Positions 51,520-59,828 of a stretch of DNA of 64,000 bases are shown here, piece after piece. Positions within the stretch are counted from its first letter, which is position 1. Each line of letters starts with the position of its first letter. Source of the DNA: Lachnospiraceae bacterium (GTDB lineage Bacteria; Bacillota; Clostridia; Lachnospirales; Lachnospiraceae). The translations under genes and the position numbers were made by a program. Under the pieces are notes generated by a model that was not told where the DNA came from, made no database searches, and worked only from the letters and a program-made list of their open reading frames with translations. Location of the stretch: positions 1,154-65,153 of the forward strand of contig JAEDCX010000003.1 in assembly GCA_016293925.1 (NCBI GenBank), in the 5' to 3' direction.

Positions 51520-51909
51520 TTATGTACGTTTGATGAACTCTCTGCGGCAGGACGGACAGGTAATACAGATCTTCCCCCGTCCCTTCGGTACCCTGATTTT
51601 CTGTCTGCAGGACGGACACAGGTAAATCTTATGATACCGGTCTGTCGTCCCGTTTCTGTGGAACAGTTTATTCCTGATCTGCAGATATTTCAGATTCTCC
51701 GCATAACGTCTGGAAACATTGCGGGAGAACATCCTGAAATAAATAAGAATCAGCATCAGCCACATAAACACACTGATCCCCAGACTCACTCCCGGTATTC
51801 TGATAAACAGAGAAGCGGCCACCACTACGATCGTCAATATCATCAGAAACTTATTCAGATCATCCACGCCGTATCTTCCCTGCATGAAACGATTGATTCT
51901 GTCGCGCAT
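51520..51909 (-). CDS. membrane protein with C-terminal zinc ribbon
   Basis: Two TM helices followed by CPSCRQ...CPSCRR. Confidence 0.55.
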   Translation of the reverse strand: MRDRINRFMQGRYGVDDLNKFLMILTIVVVAASLFIRIPGVSLGISVFMWLMLILIYFRMFSRNVSRRYAENLKYLQIRNKLFHRNGTTDRYHKIYLCPSCRQKIRVPKGRGKICITCPSCRREFIKRT

Positions 51910-52111
51910 TGTATCACTCTCCTATCCTTCTATACAACTATTTAACCCTATCGCTGCAGAATAAGCAAATGATAAACGATAAAAAAAATATAACTTTTTT
52001 CTAAAATACGGATTTCTAACATTTTTGTAAAGGGCTTGCGAAAAGGACAGTAAATGCATACACTTATACTGGATGGATAGTGGGAGTGTGTGCACTTACG
52101 GAGGACAACAA

Positions 52112-54022
52112 ATGATACTGAACAACTGCTTTGAAATTGCATCCTGTATTTTTCTATTGATTTTGGTGGGGGATTTCCTGTATCGCCGGCAGTTTCCGAG
52201 GGATACCACCAGAATATTTCTTCCGTTCCTGCTGGTATCCGTAATCGGAAGCATATCCGGCATTCTGTTTGGTATATTGCTGAATTCAGGTGCCGCCTAT
52301 CCTTCGGGGTTCAGGTACCTGATCTGTACCTTCCATTTTGCATCCCAGGGTGCCGCGTATCTTCTTTTTTTCATGTTCATCAGCACCGTTTCCGGACCGG
52401 TTTACAGACATCGTCTGGAAGAACCGATTCTCTTGTGGATTCCCGCAGGGATCTACATTCTGTTGGCGCTTTCCACGCCCTGGACGGAGATCTTTTTCCG
52501 GATCACTCCCCAGGGGCAGTACCGGTACGGCTATGCGGAAGAGATCACGTTCCTGCTGCTTGCTTACTTTTTTGTCATCCACACATACCATCTGCTTCGC
52601 TATGGAAATAAACAGAACCAGCACGCCCGTTTTATGATTCTGCTGACCTGTATGTCGGTACTGCTGTTCTCCGCGCTCCAGATTGCAATGACCCACATCC
52701 TTCTCATGGGCCTTGCCCGTGCCTTTGCAGCGACCGTCATCTATCTGACCCTGATGAATCCCGGTGAACTTCTGGACAGCAATACCGGTCTGTTCAACAA
52801 GAACGCCTTGTACATGCGTATCCGGGAAAAAGAGAACGGGACTCCGTATTCCGTCATCTATCTCAATATTGACAAATACCGGTTCATCAACCAGACCTTC
52901 GGATACGGACAGTCTTCTTCCCTGCTGACACAGATTGCCCGGGAACTGAGAAAAATATGCATTACCTGTGATATTTACCGGATGGATCGGGATGATTTCG
53001 TCCTGCTGGCCACAGGACACGAGGAACTGAACTTCATCAGTGCCATCAAGGAGCGGTTTGACAAGCCCTGGTTATTCTTCAATACTGCCGTCATGCTTCA
53101 GTGCCGTATGGTAGTTCTGCGCAGTCCGGAACATTTCACCACTTCCACAGAACTGATTCCCATGCTGAACTACATGGATCAACAGGCCAAGAAGCTGGGC
53201 AGCGGTTCCCTGTATGTGGCTGATCAGAAGAGTGTAGATGCATTCCGGCGTCACATCTATATTGAGGACGCCATCAAAAAAGCACTGAACAACCATACCC
53301 TGTGTGCTTTCTATCAGCCGATTCATTCCGCAGCAGATCATACAATGGTATCCGCTGAGGTATTGTCCCGGATTCCGGATGAGAAATTCGGCTTTATCCC
53401 CACCCAGGAGCTCATCGGTATTGCCGAGAACAACGGATTCATTGTTGATCTTGGATACCGGGTCTTTGAGGAGGCATGCATTTTCCTGCACAAGATGGAT
53501 CTGAACGGGGATGCTTCCTGCGTTCCGATACTGGAGGTCAACATCTCCACAATACAGTGTATGCAACCCAATCTTGCGGAACAGTTGATTGCGATCGCCG
53601 AGAAATATCATATCAAACCATCCGGCATCAACTTCGAGATTACCGAATCCGCCGCCCTACAGTCCGAAGCGCTCCTGCACCGGCACATGGATAAGCTGAA
53701 ATCCTACGGTTTCACATTCTCCATTGACGATTACGGAACCGGTTTTTCCAACTGTTCCTACCTGATCGAGTTCCCCTTTGATCAGGTCAAGTTTGACCGG
53801 GGCATGATTCTGTCCTACTTTGAGGACAGCAATGCCAGACTGATCCTGGACAATGAATTCGCAACCATTCACAAACTGGGCAAAGCCATTGTCTGTGAGG
53901 GTGTGGAATTCCCGGATCAGATTGAGGTGCTTACCGCTAGGGGCGTAGATTATTTCCAGGGACATTATTTCAGCGAACCGCTGAATGAAAAAGATTTCGT
54001 GAAATACATTGCTTCCCGCTAG
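52112..54022 (+). CDS. membrane-bound degenerate-GGDEF / EAL protein
   Basis: About 6 TM helices. RMDRDDFVLLA stands in place of GGDEF. EAL domain has EVLSRI...EITES...DDYGTGFSN. ATG at 52112 after GGAGGA. Confidence 0.85.
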   Translation: MILNNCFEIASCIFLLILVGDFLYRRQFPRDTTRIFLPFLLVSVIGSISGILFGILLNSGAAYPSGFRYLICTFHFASQGAAYLLFFMFISTVSGPVYRHRLEEPILLWIPAGIYILLALSTPWTEIFFRITPQGQYRYGYAEEITFLLLAYFFVIHTYHLLRYGNKQNQHARFMILLTCMSVLLFSALQIAMTHILLMGLARAFAATVIYLTLMNPGELLDSNTGLFNKNALYMRIREKENGTPYSVIYLNIDKYRFINQTFGYGQSSSLLTQIARELRKICITCDIYRMDRDDFVLLATGHEELNFISAIKERFDKPWLFFNTAVMLQCRMVVLRSPEHFTTSTELIPMLNYMDQQAKKLGSGSLYVADQKSVDAFRRHIYIEDAIKKALNNHTLCAFYQPIHSAADHTMVSAEVLSRIPDEKFGFIPTQELIGIAENNGFIVDLGYRVFEEACIFLHKMDLNGDASCVPILEVNISTIQCMQPNLAEQLIAIAEKYHIKPSGINFEITESAALQSEALLHRHMDKLKSYGFTFSIDDYGTGFSNCSYLIEFPFDQVKFDRGMILSYFEDSNARLILDNEFATIHKLGKAIVCEGVEFPDQIEVLTARGVDYFQGHYFSEPLNEKDFVKYIASR

Positions 54023-54030
54023 GGAGGCTA

Positions 54031-56262
54031 CTATGCCAGACAGTTGAAGGTCAGAACCTTCTCTTCCGTACCGGATGTCACATACAGCTTTCCTTCCCCG
54101 CTCTCTCCGACGGTTTTCACATAGGTGCCCAGACACCCTCCCTGCAGGCTGATCACATCCGGTCCGATCAGGGCGATAGCGCCTTCCGTGCGGAGTGTTA
54201 CCGGTTCCTGATCATATGAAAGCCTGTTTCCGTTCTCGTCACACATCGTAATCCGAATCGAAGCAACATCATAGGAGTGATTCTCCACCAACAGTTCCGT
54301 ATCCGTCTCCACATGCAGTTCTCTTCTCTTTCCCGGAGCACGTGTCACGGTCGCAACGACCGCTCCGTCCCGGATGGCGTCAAACCGGAACACGGTGACC
54401 ATCCCGTTCCGATGCAACGCGTACCTGTCATAGAGCTCTGTTATCTTTCTGCGTCCGATGAATCCGGTCAGTGCCAGCCGGATTCTGACCATCTTATATC
54501 GAAGCGGCAGATCGTCCATGCCGTATTCGGAGATCCCGCGTAACACTTTTTTGATCCGTTCACAGGTACGGTGACTGTACTTCTCCTGCGTCTCCATCCA
54601 TTCTCCGATGAGATCATCGATTTGGATCGGTGGATGCGGCAACGCAGCGTATGGATTCCCGGCGTCACGGTTCGGAAAACATTCCGTCACAAACGCATCA
54701 TTCCTGTAGACCTTTACACTGTCCGCATTGGTGAATGCATAAACCGTCCCGATATTGCAGGCCGGCTGCTCTCCCAGCTCCACAGTGGAGCCGATCGTAA
54801 GATAAGGGCACTCATCCGACTGGCTTGCGTAAACTGCCGCAGACAGTTTCGGATTGCGGAACAGATCAAGAACCCCCCGGTAACAGATTCCGTCACCGCA
54901 TCCAAACTCCCTGTGAACCGCATAGTCCGTCATGCTCCATCCGCAGCCGCCAGCCACATTCGTTTCCGCATAGCAGGCATTCATCATCCCGGCACTCTCC
55001 AGTGCAGCATCCAGTCTGATCGCTTCCCGATCGTACATTTTCACCGAAGCCGCTTTGCCCTGCAATGCGCCAAACAGGCACCCGGAAGCTTTCTTCCCGG
55101 CGCCCGGATTCCGGAGACGGATATCCGGATATTCTCCCTGCCCCGGAATCCCGCAGAAAATCACGGACGGATGGTGCTGATACAGGCGCATCATCTCCTC
55201 CGTATTCCGATCCTCGATATCCTTCCACACTTCGTCTCCCGAATCCCATCCTGCGGAAATATCCGCACAGACCATCAGACCTTTTTCATCACAGGCATCC
55301 AGGAAATCCTGAGACTGCGGAGCATGCGCAATCCGGACCAGATTCACTCCCAGTTCACGGAGCAGAATATCAACGTCTCTCTTCTGCACCCGCTCCGGCA
55401 TCGCATATCCGACATACGGGTAACTCTGGTGACGGTTCAAACCCCGGAGTTTTCTTTTCTTCCCGTTCAGATAGAATCCATCGGGTCTGAACACCGCTTC
55501 CCGGAAGCCGATCCGTATCTGATGGGAATCGACCTGCACTCCTCCCATCAGGAGTTCCGTTTTGAGAATGTATAATCTCGGTTCCTCCGGATTCCATAGT
55601 TCCACATCCGTGATGCCGCTGGAGATCTCCAACGACTGCAATTCGGAGTAATGCACCACCGCATGTCCATCGCTGTCCAACAGACTCTGGCGGATCAGAT
55701 AATCATCCGGCTCCTCATTCAGCGTAATCCGACTACGCAGGATTTTCGTGGTATCCAGCACATGCTCCTGCATCAGTTCCACATCCTTGATGTAATACCG
55801 GTCATGTACATCGATATACACATCTCTGTAGATTCCGCCGTAGGTCATCTCCTCCACTGCCTTTCCGAACGGAGGCTGGTTCAACGTCTCCCGGCTGTCC
55901 AGTCTGACAGCGAGTACATTCTTCTCTCCGTGCCGAAGATATGGACTGATCTCACAGATGATGGGCGTGTATCCGCATTTGTGCTTCCACACTCTCTGCC
56001 CGTTCACGAAGATCACCGCTTCATGTGCCGCGCCCTCCATCGTCAGGACCACCTTCTTGTCCCGCCATTCCTCCGGTGCAATGAATTCTCTTCTGTATCC
56101 GCTCACCATCTCACAGACTGCGGAATCATAATGATACGGCGTCATAGCCACGGCATGCGGAATCCGTACCCGTTCAAGACTGCCCTGGTCGAATTCGTCC
56201 GTTACCAGATGATCGCTGAATTGCGTTGTGAATCCCCAATCGTCATTCCAATAGATTCTCAT
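54031..56262 (-). CDS. glycoside hydrolase family 2 protein
   Basis: GH2 N-terminal sugar-binding pattern (...FVNGQRV..., NVLAVRLD) and a TIM-barrel region. 743 aa. Confidence 0.75.
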   Translation of the reverse strand: MRIYWNDDWGFTTQFSDHLVTDEFDQGSLERVRIPHAVAMTPYHYDSAVCEMVSGYRREFIAPEEWRDKKVVLTMEGAAHEAVIFVNGQRVWKHKCGYTPIICEISPYLRHGEKNVLAVRLDSRETLNQPPFGKAVEEMTYGGIYRDVYIDVHDRYYIKDVELMQEHVLDTTKILRSRITLNEEPDDYLIRQSLLDSDGHAVVHYSELQSLEISSGITDVELWNPEEPRLYILKTELLMGGVQVDSHQIRIGFREAVFRPDGFYLNGKKRKLRGLNRHQSYPYVGYAMPERVQKRDVDILLRELGVNLVRIAHAPQSQDFLDACDEKGLMVCADISAGWDSGDEVWKDIEDRNTEEMMRLYQHHPSVIFCGIPGQGEYPDIRLRNPGAGKKASGCLFGALQGKAASVKMYDREAIRLDAALESAGMMNACYAETNVAGGCGWSMTDYAVHREFGCGDGICYRGVLDLFRNPKLSAAVYASQSDECPYLTIGSTVELGEQPACNIGTVYAFTNADSVKVYRNDAFVTECFPNRDAGNPYAALPHPPIQIDDLIGEWMETQEKYSHRTCERIKKVLRGISEYGMDDLPLRYKMVRIRLALTGFIGRRKITELYDRYALHRNGMVTVFRFDAIRDGAVVATVTRAPGKRRELHVETDTELLVENHSYDVASIRITMCDENGNRLSYDQEPVTLRTEGAIALIGPDVISLQGGCLGTYVKTVGESGEGKLYVTSGTEEKVLTFNCLA

Positions 56263-56360
56263 CTCCCAACCCCCATAGTCCTAAGATGGTAATACCATAA
56301 CTTCCGGTTCGTTCCGGCCGGATCTGTCCATTCCGGTGAAGTTCACCGGCCTCGGAACCC

Positions 56361-57146
56361 CTATGAAATATCTTTTCTGGTATATTTCCAGAATGCGCCA
56401 AATATTCCCAATGCGATCAATACCAACCCGGGAATCACATATTTCACCGTCATGCACCCGGATTCAATGATGTCCGCACCGTTCACATAAGAGAACGGGG
56501 TAAAATATTTCAGGAATTTCGCCTGATCAACCATGTTTGCAATCAGATCCAGAAAATAGAAAACGATAGCCAGTCCCAGACCGATCCCCATTCCGTTGCG
56601 TTTGAGAAATGCTGAAATACCGAACGTAACGGCAGCCACTTCCACCTGCAGCAGCAGGTACGCGAGCATCAGAACGGCAAAGGTGCCAAAATCCATACGC
56701 TCCCCGATCAGAATCGTTGTCAGTCCGGTTGCACCCCAGACACACAGATTCAATACGATCACCTGAATCATCAGCGCAATGAGTTTCTGAGCAACGACCT
56801 TTGTTCTGGAGATCGGATGGGTTAACAGGAATTCCGCTGTATGCTCTTTTTCCTCCTTGGCAAGTGACTGAATCCCTGTGATTGCCGCAAACAATGCACC
56901 GCCCAGTCCCAGCATCTGACCACACTCTATCCCGAAATAGTCCAGCAGATTGCCCAAATTCAGACGATCCATACTATAGGCGTCCGCCAGACTTCCCATC
57001 TGTGCCATCATGTCATTCATCTGAGCCATCTGATCTTTCATCTGTGGAAAGATCAAAATGCAGACCGCCAGCATTCCCGCAATAATCGCGGTCCACACAA
57101 TCCATGCAATCCGATTTCTGCGAAGTTCATGTAAAACGATTGTCAT
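56361..57146 (-). CDS. ABC-2 type exporter permease
   Basis: 6 TM helices. ATG at 57146 after GGAGGA. The ORF-track extension is rejected. Confidence 0.75.
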   Translation of the reverse strand: MTIVLHELRRNRIAWIVWTAIIAGMLAVCILIFPQMKDQMAQMNDMMAQMGSLADAYSMDRLNLGNLLDYFGIECGQMLGLGGALFAAITGIQSLAKEEKEHTAEFLLTHPISRTKVVAQKLIALMIQVIVLNLCVWGATGLTTILIGERMDFGTFAVLMLAYLLLQVEVAAVTFGISAFLKRNGMGIGLGLAIVFYFLDLIANMVDQAKFLKYFTPFSYVNGADIIESGCMTVKYVIPGLVLIALGIFGAFWKYTRKDIS

Positions 57147-57150
57147 CTGT

Positions 57151-58029
57151 TTAGTCCTCCTTCTCCTGGGCATAGTAATGCATGAATACCTCCTCCAGAT
57201 CCGGATCGGTGATGGAGATATCGTCAAAAGAATATCCGGACAGTTCCCTGACCAGTGTATCGCTTTTGCCATTGTACAGAAAAGTGGTAAGCTCCCCCTC
57301 CTGTTTGATGCGGGTGGCATCCGTCAGTTGGGGAAGACGATCGACTCCGCGCAGTACCACACGCTTTACGCCCGTATGTCCCAGATTCTCCACCGTATCG
57401 CTGACCAGCAGACGTCCCTCCCGGATGATTGCCGCATGCTTACAATATCTTCCGATCTCTGACAGAATGTGGGAGGACAGGAAAACGGTTGCCCCTTCCT
57501 CATTCCGCTCCTGCAGCACGCTGTAGAATTCCCTCTGTATCAGCGGATCCAGTCCGCTTGTGGGTTCATCCAGAATATACAGTTTCGGCTTATGCTGCAT
57601 CGCACAGACAATCCCTGCTTTTTTACGGTTTCCAAGAGACAGTTCATTGACCCGCCGGTTCCGATCCAGTTCCAGACGCTCGCACAATTCCCGTGCCGTC
57701 TCTGTACAGTCCGTCTTCCGCAGATCAGCAGAAAAAGCCAGAATATCTTTCACGCGCATCCCATTGTAGAATGCAGCTTCCGAGGGCAGATATCCGATCT
57801 CCCGGAGAAGTTCGGTCTTCTGTCGGGTCACATCCCTGCCAAGCACCTCTGCCTTCCCGCCCGTGGGAGCGATCAGCCCCAGAAGCGTTCTGATCGTGGT
57901 ACTCTTACCGGCACCGTTCGGTCCGATAAAGCCGAAGAAATCACCCTCTTCCACATCCAGACTCACATCAATGATTCCTCTGGCTCTGCCATAACTCTTC
58001 GTCAGTTTCTCTGTATGAATTGCTTTCAT
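57151..58029 (-). CDS. ABC transporter ATP-binding protein
   Basis: Walker A GPNGAGKST, signature LSLGNRKK, Walker B LYILDEP. ATG at 58029. Confidence 0.88.
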   Translation of the reverse strand: MKAIHTEKLTKSYGRARGIIDVSLDVEEGDFFGFIGPNGAGKSTTIRTLLGLIAPTGGKAEVLGRDVTRQKTELLREIGYLPSEAAFYNGMRVKDILAFSADLRKTDCTETARELCERLELDRNRRVNELSLGNRKKAGIVCAMQHKPKLYILDEPTSGLDPLIQREFYSVLQERNEEGATVFLSSHILSEIGRYCKHAAIIREGRLLVSDTVENLGHTGVKRVVLRGVDRLPQLTDATRIKQEGELTTFLYNGKSDTLVRELSGYSFDDISITDPDLEEVFMHYYAQEKED

Positions 58030-58086
58030 TCCAGTCCCCTTTTGTCTCCGGCAGACAGCGGTCTGCCCATATTTCAATCGTATTTT

Positions 58087-58115
58087 ATTGTACCACGGAT
58101 CCGATCCGTACGCAA
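58087..58115 (-). promoter_or_regulatory. promoter with palindromic operator in the spacer
   Basis: TTGCGT-17 nt-TACAAT. The spacer carries the 15-nt palindrome ACGGATC-n-GATCCGT (58095-58109). Confidence 0.55.
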
Positions 58116-58236
58116 ATCCGTTTCCGCATCCTGTATCTGCAGTCTCCGCATTCTGCGCCTGTAATTGGCATCCTGCATCTGCAGTCCGCGGCATACGACG
58201 CCTCTCTTCCCTGCGCTCCGCCTCCCCGTCGGACTG

Positions 58237-59288
58237 TTATGCATGCTTCCGGTAGGAAACAAGTGCAATGGTTGTCTTGACAAACGTTGCAATCGTACCG
58301 ATCAGGGCAATCAGAATAATGATATACCCCAGTCTCTCCGGTGTGTAATAATTCATCAGATCATTGGAACCGCCCAGAGAACGCCGGAAAGCTGTTTCAA
58401 TCTCCTGTACAAAGGTAGGGTTGAAAACCTGACGGGTCGTCATCACAAACACGGTTACCAGAAAACTCAGTATTTCTGTGGTATAGATCACCGCACACAC
58501 ACCCGGCGTATATCGCGGAACACACAGAATCACCACGTCCCGTACCATTTTCATGCCGAATGCGAGAATGAACCAGGGCAGAATCTGATAGAAGGTTTTC
58601 ATGTTAAATATCGAAATCCCCCGGAAAGACTCGTCTGCTTCTTTTACCCAGGCTCCCAGAAACTCCGGTGCCGCGCAGAGGACTGTCAGGAAAATCGTAG
58701 TGAAAACCAGACTTACAATACTGTCAGCGCGCTTGATCGGTTTACCGCCGGACGGCTCTGTATGCAGTTTGGCAACCGTCCATGCCTCAGCCGGTCTGCC
58801 CACCTTTACATGATGGTATTCAATCAGCATAAATACAAGGGTTACCGCTCCGACCGACGCCAGAAGCTGCGGAATCAGATCCCAAAGGCCGTCGCCTGTG
58901 AAAGGAATCAGTATGAAATCCTCCACATTCATTTGCATGGTGGCCTTCATCAGATGCAGAATGATACGGATCGTCCAGCAGCCTGCCCATACCGCAGCCT
59001 GGATCATCAATACCAGTTTCAACACCTTCCAGTACATGTCATAATACTGTTCCCCAATCACATGCTTATCCTGCCCTCTGTATTTGCGGGCCATCTCTGC
59101 CGGATCTCCCAGTTCATTCAGAATACTCTCTGCCTGCTCCCGTGTTGTTTCCTCACCCGGAAACCGTTCCTCCAGCATATCGTCAATCATACCCGCAGTT
59201 CCTGTCCGATATCCGCTCTCTGATTCTCCGGAATCTTACGCAGCACTGCCGCCACATATTTCTCAATCAATATTTCTCTCTCTGTCAT
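58237..59288 (-). pseudogene. PadR-associated membrane protein (permease-prefix/DUF1700-like N-terminus), apparently frameshifted
   Basis: A 33-codon ORF (59288-59187, MTEREILIEKYVAAVLRKIPENQRADIGQELRV*) starts 3 nt after the padR stop. It continues in sense as the 317-aa ORF starting at 59190 if one G is added to the GGG run at 59192-59194. Confidence 0.6.
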
Positions 59289-59291
59289 CCC

Positions 59292-59633
59292 TTATCCCTC
59301 CAAAAGATCATTCATACTCTTTGTCATCTCACTCCACTGCCGGCACAGTTCCCTGTAAATCTGGTCGCCCAGCATGGTTCTGCGGTAATACTTCCGCGGT
59401 TTTGCTTCATCCGTGATCCACTCGCTTGACAGCAATCCCTGCTTCTCCAGTCTGCGGAGCAGCGGGTACAGGGTGCTGGTATCAATTGACATCCCCTTCT
59501 CCTCCAGCTGATGAATCAGATCATAGCCGTATTTCGGTTCCCCCAATCGACTCAGCACACTGACCACAATCGTTCCCCGTCGCAGCTCCTGTATCATGGA
59601 ATTCAGAATCTCTTCTCTGGTTTCATTTTCCAT
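59292..59633 (-). CDS. PadR family transcriptional regulator
   Basis: Winged-helix pattern GYDLIHQLEE...STLYPLLRRLEKQGLL. Confidence 0.88.
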   Translation of the reverse strand: MENETREEILNSMIQELRRGTIVVSVLSRLGEPKYGYDLIHQLEEKGMSIDTSTLYPLLRRLEKQGLLSSEWITDEAKPRKYYRRTMLGDQIYRELCRQWSEMTKSMNDLLEG

Positions 59634-59693
59634 ATGCATTCTCCATTATTATTCTTTACTTAATATTTTGCATCGCTCTATATTGTGTTTTTA

Positions 59694-59722
59694 ACTATAC
59701 TGTGTATCGTACAGTATGTCAA
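59694..59722 (-). promoter_or_regulatory. padR promoter with inverted repeat
   Basis: TTGACA-17 nt-TATAGT. ATACTGT-n7-ACAGTAT spans the spacer and the -10 edge. Confidence 0.55.
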
Positions 59723-59828
59723 TGCTTTTTCAGCATTTTTTATGGGGGAACCGTTCTCGCGGCACAACTGAAAATGGGGCTGTTCTCACAACCCCACTAA
59801 AACATCCCTATTCTTGTTTCCGACCCGC

